Below, piece by piece: positions 57,053 through 64,000 of a DNA stretch of 64,000 nucleotides; the first letter of the stretch is position 1; the number at the start of each line of letters is the position of its first letter. The stretch is from the NCBI GenBank assembly GCA_045586685.1, contig JAZNAU010000034.1, positions 1 through 64,000 of the forward strand, given 5' to 3'. The translations under genes were made by a program, and so were the position numbers. Origin of the DNA: Clostridia bacterium (GTDB taxonomy: Bacteria > Bacillota > Clostridia > HGM11514). The notes under the pieces are model-generated. The model had not been told where the DNA came from. It saw only the letters and a list, made by a program, of their open reading frames with translations, and ran no database searches.

Positions 57053-58771
57053 TTGTTTTTTTCGGATGATTTCATAAATCAAGTATGTGATGCAAATGAA
57101 ATTGCAGATTTGATTTCTGAATATGTACCATTAAAAAAATCAGGTCGTAACTTGCTTGGACTTTGTCCCTTTCATAATGAAAAGACTCCTTCCTTTTCGG
57201 TATCTGCTGAAAAACAGTTTTATCATTGCTTTGGTTGCGGCGAAGGGGGACGGGTGCTTGATTTCATAATGAAAGTGGAGCATCTTGATTTCGTAGAAGC
57301 GGTAAGGTTTTTGGCACAAAGAGCACATATCAGTGTGCCGGAGCAACAACATCAGCATGTCAACCGTCAAGCCGCGTCTGAAAAAGAACAATTATATTCA
57401 ATGAATCGGGAAACCGCAATGTTTTTTCACGATATGCTTTATTCGGTAAAGGGAGACAATGCACGGTCATATTTTTTAAATCGCGGTCTTACCGAATCAA
57501 CAATGAAAGGATTTGGATTAGGCTATGCCCCTGATTCGTGGGACAGTCTGTTAAAGCATTTGAAACAAAAAGGATTTTCTGAATCGTTGATGCAAAAGGC
57601 GGGGCTGGTTGGGAATAAGGATAAGCGGTATTATGACAGTTTCAGAAATCGGGTGATCTTTCCCATTATTGACCTTCGGGGAAATGTCATTGGATTCGGA
57701 GGAAGAGTGCTGGATGATTCAAAACCGAAATATTTGAACTCGCCCGAGTCGCCAGTGTTTTCCAAAAGCCATCATTTGTATGGATTGAATTTTGCTAAAA
57801 ATGAAAAAGAAAAACATCTTATTATTGTAGAAGGATATATGGATGTTATCGCTTTGCATCAGGCAGGATTTAAAAATACGGTTGCAGCATTGGGAACTGC
57901 CTTTACACCGGATCATGCTAAGCTGATCAAACGATATGCTGATAAAGTAACCCTTTGCTTTGACTCTGATGAAGCAGGGCAAAAAGCAACTGCAAGGTGC
58001 ATTGAAATTATGTCGGGTCAGCAAATTAAGGTAAATGTGTTGATGCAAAATAAAGCAAAAGACCCGGATGAATATATAAAAAAATTTGGTAAAAACGGAT
58101 TTTTGGAATTGATAGAAAAAGCTCCCGTTCAAATTGAGTATCGGATTTTACGGTTGCGCGAACGATATAATTTAGAAGACGTAGAGCAGAAAATTGCTTT
58201 TGTCCACGAAGCGGCATTGGTGTTTTCTTCCATAGAAAGTGATGTTGAATTAGAATTATACGTAAAAAAACTGTCCGCAGATACAGGCGTCTCACCAGAA
58301 GCGGTGTTTTCTGAGATTCAGAAGGTTTCAAAAAAACGTCGGGTTATCATTCAAAGAGAGACAGATCGTCAGGAAAGACGGATGCTTTCTTCGGACAAGC
58401 TTGAAAAAAATGAAAAAATCCTATTGGGGATTTTATATGAAAATCCGAATCTGTGCAGTAATTTGGGCTTGGACAGAAAGTTCTTTACAGTGACAGATCA
58501 TGGATTGCTGTTTCAGATGATACAAAACGGAAACATACCCATGCAAAATCAGCTTTCGCCGGAGCAACAACGTATTCTTAGTGAAATTGCAGTGCGAGAG
58601 TTGCATCTTGAGGATAGCTTTAAGGCGGCACAACAGTTGATTTCAGCTATCCGTCAGCAAAAACAGAAGCAGATCATGGAACAAGGAGTTAATGATGCAC
58701 AGCAACTTCAACAGTTGTTGATGCAGGATAAAAGAAGTAAGCATAATCATCAGGTACGAGAAGGGGAATAA
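57053..58771 (+). CDS. dnaG: DNA primase
   Basis: [11 protein letters not shown]...CFGC zinc finger, KYLNSPE, TOPRIM EGYMDV and D.D.AG; TTG start assumed (alternative 57017). Confidence 0.96.
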   Translation: MFFSDDFINQVCDANEIADLISEYVPLKKSGRNLLGLCPFHNEKTPSFSVSAEKQFYHCFGCGEGGRVLDFIMKVEHLDFVEAVRFLAQRAHISVPEQQHQHVNRQAASEKEQLYSMNRETAMFFHDMLYSVKGDNARSYFLNRGLTESTMKGFGLGYAPDSWDSLLKHLKQKGFSESLMQKAGLVGNKDKRYYDSFRNRVIFPIIDLRGNVIGFGGRVLDDSKPKYLNSPESPVFSKSHHLYGLNFAKNEKEKHLIIVEGYMDVIALHQAGFKNTVAALGTAFTPDHAKLIKRYADKVTLCFDSDEAGQKATARCIEIMSGQQIKVNVLMQNKAKDPDEYIKKFGKNGFLELIEKAPVQIEYRILRLRERYNLEDVEQKIAFVHEAALVFSSIESDVELELYVKKLSADTGVSPEAVFSEIQKVSKKRRVIIQRETDRQERRMLSSDKLEKNEKILLGILYENPNLCSNLGLDRKFFTVTDHGLLFQMIQNGNIPMQNQLSPEQQRILSEIAVRELHLEDSFKAAQQLISAIRQQKQKQIMEQGVNDAQQLQQLLMQDKRSKHNHQVREGE

Positions 58772-58773
58772 GA

Positions 58774-59850
58774 ATGTCAGATAATGAAAATAAAAGACAA
58801 ATTATTAAAGAACTTTTAGATAAGGGCAAAAAGAAAGGGATATTGTCTTACAAGGAAATTATGGATGCCTTGGAAGAAATTGAAATGGATTCCGAACAGA
58901 TTGAAAAAATCTACGAATCGATTGAAAATATGGGCATTGAAATTGTAGGAGATATGGAACAAGAATTGGAAGAAATTCAGCTCGAACCTGAAGATTTGGA
59001 TTTGAGTGTTCCGGAAGGTATCAGCCTTGACGACCCTGTTCGTATGTATTTAAAAGAAATTGGTAAGGTGGAACTGTTATCTCCCGATGAAGAAACAGTT
59101 TTGGCGCAAAAAATGAGTGAGGGAGACGAGGTTGCGAAAAAGAGATTAGCAGAAGCGAATCTTCGTCTGGTGGTAAGTATTGCGAAACGGTATGTAGGCC
59201 GTGGAATGTTATTTTTGGATTTGATTCAGGAAGGTAATTTAGGGCTTATTAAAGCGGTAGAAAAATTTGATTATCGGAAGGGATATAAATTCAGTACCTA
59301 TGCAACCTGGTGGATTCGTCAGGCAATTACCCGTGCCATTGCAGATCAGGCAAGAACCATCCGTATTCCTGTTCATATGGTTGAAACCATCAATAAATTG
59401 ATTCGTGTTTCAAGACATCTTTTGCAAGAGTTGGGCCGTGAACCTACCGCTGAAGAAATTTCAAAGGAAATGAATATGTCATTGGACAAGGTTCGTGAAA
59501 TTATGAAGATTGCTCAAGAACCCGTATCCTTAGAAACTCCAATCGGCGAAGAGGAGGATAGTCATTTGGGAGATTTTATTCCTGATGATGATGCTCCCGC
59601 CCCCAGCGAGGCGGCATCCTTCTTGCTATTGAAAGAACAGTTGGTCGATGTGTTGAATACATTGACGAGCCGTGAAGAAAAAGTACTTCGCTTGCGGTTT
59701 GGTCTGGATGACGGACGGGCAAGAACCTTAGAAGAAGTAGGAAAAGAATTTAATGTAACCCGTGAACGTATCCGCCAGATCGAAGCAAAGGCTTTGAGAA
59801 AACTGCGTCATCCTACCAGAAGCAAAAAATTAAAGGATTATTTAGATTAA
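58774..59850 (+). CDS. rpoD: Primary sigma factor SigA/RpoD
   Basis: [50 protein letters not shown]. Confidence 0.98.
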   Translation: MSDNENKRQIIKELLDKGKKKGILSYKEIMDALEEIEMDSEQIEKIYESIENMGIEIVGDMEQELEEIQLEPEDLDLSVPEGISLDDPVRMYLKEIGKVELLSPDEETVLAQKMSEGDEVAKKRLAEANLRLVVSIAKRYVGRGMLFLDLIQEGNLGLIKAVEKFDYRKGYKFSTYATWWIRQAITRAIADQARTIRIPVHMVETINKLIRVSRHLLQELGREPTAEEISKEMNMSLDKVREIMKIAQEPVSLETPIGEEEDSHLGDFIPDDDAPAPSEAASFLLLKEQLVDVLNTLTSREEKVLRLRFGLDDGRARTLEEVGKEFNVTRERIRQIEAKALRKLRHPTRSKKLKDYLD

Positions 59851-59855
59851 AAATC

Positions 59856-59887
59856 GGGCTGTTTCTTTAAAGAGACAGCCCCCTTTT
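59856..59887 (+). terminator. Hairpin/terminator after rpoD
   Basis: GGGCTGTTTCT-ttaa-AGAGACAGCCC followed by CCTTTT. Confidence 0.65.
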
Positions 59888-59900
59888 ACGGAGAACAAAT

Positions 59901-60566
59901 ATGTATGGAATGGACAAACGTTTAACAATGTTATATCAGCATGTTCCTCAATGTGAGTGTGTTGCAGATGTGGGAACTGATCATGGATACTTGCCGATTG
60001 CTCTTGTCAACAGTAAGAAATGTAAAAAAGCCATTGCTTGTGACATTAGTGCGCCTTCTTTAAAAAAAGCACAAAAAAATAGTCAAATGCAAGGTGTTCC
60101 TTTGGATTGCAGGGTAAGTGACGGGTTATTAAAGCTTGAAAAACAAGAGGCAGATTGCATTGTCATTGCTGGAATGGGCGGAATCTTAATTTCGGACATT
60201 TTAGAACGGGGAAAAGAAAAAATAGCCGGTGCCACTTTGTTGCTGCAGCCTATGACAGCGATTAAGGAGCTTCGGGAATACTTATGTAAAAACGGATTTT
60301 TGATTTTAGGGGAAGATATGGTATTTCAAGAGGATAAACTGTATCATATGTTAATTGCTACATTGGGAGAGCAATCGCAACAGTATGACTGCGAAATCGG
60401 AAGTGATTTAAGAAATCATCCTTTGTTTAGTCAATATCTGAAAAAAAGAAAAGATAAAGAGTTGGAAATTTTGAAACAAATGGGCTCCTTCAGAGGAGCC
60501 GAATATGAGAAACACAAAAAACTACTGGAAAAGCTTGAACAGGAGGAAGCTAAATGGCAACAGTGA
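59901..60566 (+). CDS. trmK: tRNA (adenine22-N1)-methyltransferase
   Basis: ADVGTDHGYLP, IAGMGG.LI, LQP; rpoD-trmK-nif3 synteny. Confidence 0.9.
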   Translation: MYGMDKRLTMLYQHVPQCECVADVGTDHGYLPIALVNSKKCKKAIACDISAPSLKKAQKNSQMQGVPLDCRVSDGLLKLEKQEADCIVIAGMGGILISDILERGKEKIAGATLLLQPMTAIKELREYLCKNGFLILGEDMVFQEDKLYHMLIATLGEQSQQYDCEIGSDLRNHPLFSQYLKKRKDKELEILKQMGSFRGAEYEKHKKLLEKLEQEEAKWQQ

Positions 60567-61306
60567 AAGAAATAAAAGAGTGGATAAATTCGATTGCTCC
60601 TTATGAATTGGCGGAAGAATGGGATAATTCCGGGCTGTTGTTAGGAAGAATGGAACAAACTGTAAAGGGTGTTCTTGTGGCACTGGATGTTACTAAAGAT
60701 GTATTGAAAGAATCAGAAAAATTGGGCGCAAATCTAATTTTGACTCATCATCCCTTTGTGTTTTCTCCCATGAATCGAATTACAGATGAAAATTTTTGCG
60801 GAGAATTATTATTAACTGCCGCGGAAAAGAAAATTGCTTTGTTGTGTGCTCATACAAATCTCGATATGGCGAAGGATGGAATCAATGCAAGGCTTTGCCG
60901 TTTGCTGGGTGTGAATACAAGCGATGAAATACAACCGTATAAAACGGGAACTATTTCCCGGGAAATGACCTTAAAAGAATTTTTAGAATTGGTGCAGGAA
61001 AAACTGCATTGCTACGGCTTGAAATATACCGGCGATTTAGGGAAAAAGATTAAAACGGTGGGAATCTGCAGCGGAAGCGGAAGCGAGTTTTTAGAGGTGG
61101 CAAATACAGATGTTTTTCTTACAGCAGATGCAAAATATCATAATCATCAGAAAGCTGAGCAACTTGGCATTGCTTTGGTGGATGCAGGCCACTTTGAAAC
61201 AGAAAACATTATCTGTCCCATTTTGGTCGAAAAACTCAGAGGGGCGTTTCCTAAATTGTCTGTAACGTTATCAGTAAGCCATAAGGGTTTTTATCAGTAT
61301 TTTTAA
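60554..61306 (+). CDS. Nif3-like dinuclear metal-centre protein (YqfO)
   Basis: WDNSGL, THHP, HTNLD, GSG, DAGHFETE. Confidence 0.92.
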   Translation: MATVKEIKEWINSIAPYELAEEWDNSGLLLGRMEQTVKGVLVALDVTKDVLKESEKLGANLILTHHPFVFSPMNRITDENFCGELLLTAAEKKIALLCAHTNLDMAKDGINARLCRLLGVNTSDEIQPYKTGTISREMTLKEFLELVQEKLHCYGLKYTGDLGKKIKTVGICSGSGSEFLEVANTDVFLTADAKYHNHQKAEQLGIALVDAGHFETENIICPILVEKLRGAFPKLSVTLSVSHKGFYQYF

Positions 61307-61321
61307 AAAGGGGAGAGTGGG

Positions 61322-61786
61322 ATGCGAGCAAAACATGCATCAGAATCTTATACAGAACAAGTCCAGATTTTATTTTCCGGTGATTTAAACGGCTCCAAAC
61401 GGTTGTTTGGAGGCAAATTGATGGCTTGGATAGACGTTGTTGCTGCAGTCACTGCAAGACGGCATTGTGAAAAAAATGTAACCACAGCGGTGGTGGACTC
61501 TCTTTCGTTTTTAGGTGCCGCACGTGCAAATGATACTCTTGTATTACGCGGACAGGTGACTTATACAGGAACTACCTCCATGGAAGTAAAAGTGGAAACG
61601 TTTGTTGAAGAATTGGATGGGGTAAAACGAATGATTAACACCGCCTATGTGGTTCTCGTTGCATTGGACGATCAAGAAAATCCAACGCCCGTTCCGCCCC
61701 TTCTGATTGAGAGCGATGAAGAACAAAAATTATGGGAAGAAGCAAAAGTGCGCTGTCAATTAAGAAAACAAAACAGAACAAAATAA
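61322..61786 (+). CDS. Acyl-CoA thioesterase (hotdog fold)
   Basis: N...LFGG.LM.WID, VTT, TSMEV.V, VALD. Confidence 0.9.
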   Translation: MRAKHASESYTEQVQILFSGDLNGSKRLFGGKLMAWIDVVAAVTARRHCEKNVTTAVVDSLSFLGAARANDTLVLRGQVTYTGTTSMEVKVETFVEELDGVKRMINTAYVVLVALDDQENPTPVPPLLIESDEEQKLWEEAKVRCQLRKQNRTK

Positions 61787-61813
61787 AGTCGAAGGTTTTT
61801 CTTTCGGCTTTTT
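61785..61813 (+). terminator. Terminator after the thioesterase gene
   Basis: AAAGTCGAAGG-ttttt-CTTTCGGCTTT followed by TT. Confidence 0.65.
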
Positions 61814-61832
61814 CAAATTTTATTAAATTTAA

Positions 61833-61862
61833 TGCAACTTTTTTGTATTGTAAAAGGTATTA
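61833..61862 (+). promoter_or_regulatory. Candidate autoregulatory ECF promoter
   Basis: TGCAAC, T-tract, then GGTATT directly upstream of the ECF sigma gene; resembles SigV/SigW-type motifs. Confidence 0.45.
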
Positions 61863-61888
61863 TAAGTAAGGGGGAATTAAAATTGCCA

Positions 61889-62392
61889 ATGAAAACAGCC
61901 TGTGTTTCCGATCAGGACGTGATAGAAACTTATTTCAACATGGTATATAAATTGGCTCTTTCACAAACAAAAAACAAAACTTCTGCAGACGATGTGACTC
62001 AGGAGGTTTTTCTTCGATACTTAAAAAATACGAAGAGTTTTGAAAGCGAGGAACACCGCAAAGCTTGGCTTATTCGGGTTACATTAAATTGCAGTAAAAA
62101 TGTATTTTCAAATGCGTGGTTTCAAAAGACCGTCCCCTTGTCAGAGGAGCTTGTATTTGAAGAACAGGAAACGGGCGAAGTGTATTATGCTGTGTTGGAA
62201 CTTCCTTTGAAATATCGAAGTGTCATTCACCTGTTCTACTATGAGGATTTATCCATAGAAGAAATTTCTTCTATATTAAACAGACCTCAATCAACAATAA
62301 AATCCCAACTGTTCAGAGGAAGAGAAATGTTAAGGAATAAATTAAAAGGAGGAGAAGAGAATGTGGAAGGAACAGTATCGGAAAGCGAATGA
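61889..62392 (+). CDS. ECF sigma-70 factor (SigV/CsfV-like)
   Basis: ADDVTQEVF, KAWLIRVT.N, LP.KYR.VI.L.YYEDLS..EI, TIKSQL.RGR. Confidence 0.92.
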   Translation: MKTACVSDQDVIETYFNMVYKLALSQTKNKTSADDVTQEVFLRYLKNTKSFESEEHRKAWLIRVTLNCSKNVFSNAWFQKTVPLSEELVFEEQETGEVYYAVLELPLKYRSVIHLFYYEDLSIEEISSILNRPQSTIKSQLFRGREMLRNKLKGGEENVEGTVSESE

Positions 62393-63008
62393 TGAAATTC
62401 CATTGAATGAAGAGTTGCTGGGTAGTTTAATAGAAACTGCAAAGGAATCTAGAAAGAAAAGGAATTTCTATGGCTTAGGTTTCGGCACGATTGCCGCCGC
62501 TGCGATCATTGGAATCTGCATCTTTTCTTATGGTAACATCAATTACGAAAAAGGAGATACAACCACCCCTGTTGCTGATAACTCTGAACCGAAAACGAAA
62601 CTGGTGCAACAACCTCAACCGGCATTGGAAACGGAGTATCAAACAGAGGAAGTGTTGCAACAACCTTATGTTGTTGCAACAGAAAGTGCGGTTACCCAAG
62701 TGCCTGTAAAGAATGATGATATAAATGAAGATTTAGCAAACATTCCCGCAACAGCAAGTGCTTTGATGCCGAGAATGATTTCCGGTGAGGAAACAACAGA
62801 AGAAATTCCCATTTTCGAGTTTGAACAAACAGACCAGTCCATGACCTGTGAGATGGAAGAATCGGATGCTGCAGATGAAACCGAACCTTCTTCTGCTGAT
62901 GAGGATAGTATTCATTCAGAAGATTCCGAATCGGACACAGAGCAGTCGGTTTGTGAATCTCCAACCCCAAGCCCTACACCCGAAACAGAATTAACTGAAT
63001 CGGAATAA
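62361..63008 (+). CDS. Putative anti-sigma factor with one TM and an acidic low-complexity tail
   Basis: Overlaps the sigma 3' end; Y....DEI N-terminus, TM IAAAAIIGICIF, E/D/S/T/P-rich tail. Confidence 0.72.
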   Translation: MWKEQYRKANDEIPLNEELLGSLIETAKESRKKRNFYGLGFGTIAAAAIIGICIFSYGNINYEKGDTTTPVADNSEPKTKLVQQPQPALETEYQTEEVLQQPYVVATESAVTQVPVKNDDINEDLANIPATASALMPRMISGEETTEEIPIFEFEQTDQSMTCEMEESDAADETEPSSADEDSIHSEDSESDTEQSVCESPTPSPTPETELTESE

Positions 63009-63014
63009 CAGAAG

Positions 63015-63045
63015 GAGAGTCGTAAAAATTACGGCTCTTTCTTTT
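63015..63045 (+). terminator. Terminator after the ECF pair
   Basis: GAGAGTCGTAA-aaa-TTACGGCTCTT followed by TCTTTT. Confidence 0.75.
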
Positions 63046-63054
63046 ATAAAATGA

Positions 63055-63083
63055 TTGACTGATTCGTCTGTTTGTGATAAAAT
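63055..63083 (+). promoter_or_regulatory. SigA promoter
   Basis: TTGACT-17bp-TAAAAT with extended TG. Confidence 0.7.
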
Positions 63084-63116
63084 AATTAAAGTAAAGATTT
63101 TTGAGGGGGCATTTTC

Positions 63117-63767
63117 ATGAATGATAATCGAAAGCTAAGCCTGAGTTTAGTTTCTGTACTTGCTATTGTGACGACCGGAATGACCTTTCTTTACCGTCAG
63201 TCTTCGCCTTTCTGGATTGCTTCCCAGGTATTGTTACTGCTGGGAGCGGCATTTTTTTTAGGAATGGCGCTGTTTTTGTATGATGCCAGAAATTTTAAAC
63301 TTTTTGCCATACCGGTTTCCATACTTTCCTTAGGAGAATTTTTTTCAGTGTGTTCTCAATTCCGTTTTCAACTTGATGGTAATGGTGTGCGAATGGAAAG
63401 TCTGACAGTAAACGGGCAACCTATGGAGGCGCTGGGAACGATTGTAGGGGTATTACAATTACTCATATTGGCATGGACTATTATTGATATCAGTACAGAC
63501 TTTTCTTTTTGTCATTTGACTTGTCCGCTACTGGCAATTTGCTGCGGATTATCCGTTGTGGTTCATTTGATTACGTTTTCCTTAGACTTGCAAGATTCAT
63601 TTGATATGATTCGAATATTTTCCGTTACTTGTCTTTCTGATATTTTAACCTTTGGAACAGTTGTGGTATTTTATTTTACATACACCAAAGAAAGAAGAAT
63701 GATGTACCGTTATTGCAAAGCTTGTGGAGCAGAGCAGAAAAAAGAAACTGTTGCGGAAGAAAAATAA
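63117..63767 (+). CDS. Hypothetical multi-pass membrane protein
   Basis: About six hydrophobic segments; own promoter, GAGGGGG RBS and terminator. Confidence 0.75.
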   Translation: MNDNRKLSLSLVSVLAIVTTGMTFLYRQSSPFWIASQVLLLLGAAFFLGMALFLYDARNFKLFAIPVSILSLGEFFSVCSQFRFQLDGNGVRMESLTVNGQPMEALGTIVGVLQLLILAWTIIDISTDFSFCHLTCPLLAICCGLSVVVHLITFSLDLQDSFDMIRIFSVTCLSDILTFGTVVVFYFTYTKERRMMYRYCKACGAEQKKETVAEEK

Positions 63768-63768
63768 C

Positions 63769-63810
63769 AATTTCACCCTGTTTATTATTGAATGAACAGG
63801 GAAATTTTTT
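63769..63810 (+). terminator. Terminator
   Basis: CCCTGTTTATT-attg-AATGAACAGGG with T tail. Confidence 0.6.
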
Positions 63811-63909
63811 GCTTCATTTTATCATGAAAAAACGGCAAAACAAATAAAATAGAAAAACACTTAAAAAGTATAAAAAATGTGATACAATTTATGATGGGAG
63901 GAATGGGCT

Positions 63910-64000
63910 GTGATACATATAAAAGAAACCGTAATCGTAGAAGGAAAATATGACAAAATACGTCTTTCCTCTGTCATAGATGGTAATATTATTGAAACAA
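63910..64000 (+). CDS. 5' end of a TOPRIM protein (RNase M5-like/DUF4093), truncated by the window edge
   Basis: GTG after GGGAGG; translation MIHIKETVIVEGKYDKIRL matches the RnmV-type IVEG..D motif. Confidence 0.75.
   Translation, partial: MIHIKETVIVEGKYDKIRLSSVIDGNIIET

Noticed and set aside
58620-58771. Gln-rich C-terminus of DnaG
   Set aside because: The primase C-terminal helicase-binding region is normally divergent and helical, and no DNA-level repeat is present.

Overview
AT-rich chromosomal window from a spore-forming Clostridia-class bacterium (Oscillospirales/Ruminococcaceae-like, inferred from gene content). Most of it is core genome: an ilvBN-leuACDB operon; pepD, dusB, purC, ftsH; ddl-murI-argS; cls; trkAH; spoIIGA-sigE; tmcAL; GT4-csaB; ylbJ; yqfCD-phoH-pgpH-ybeY-era-yqzL-recO; ppdK; dnaG-sigA-trmK-nif3; an ECF sigma/anti-sigma pair; tRNA-Ser(GGA) and tRNA-Val(TAC). 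I found no transposase, integrase or CRISPR array. The most interesting accessory items are: (1) an AraC(PocR)-controlled sugar catabolic locus whose L-fucose-isomerase-fold enzyme appears to lack two canonical active-site residues; (2) a CDP-alcohol phosphotransferase + CrtO-like acyltransferase + PAP2/IPC-synthase-like lipid operon, coupled to ftsH, with no carotenoid genes nearby; (3) an orphan phage-type replication-initiator-like gene carrying internal 12-bp iteron-like repeats; (4) an inverted heptamer-array element after tRNA-Ser; (5) an unannotated 36-aa ORF with a SigE-like promoter; (6) structured 5' leaders before ppdK and the lipid operon. All family assignments come from motif recognition by eye, not database searches.
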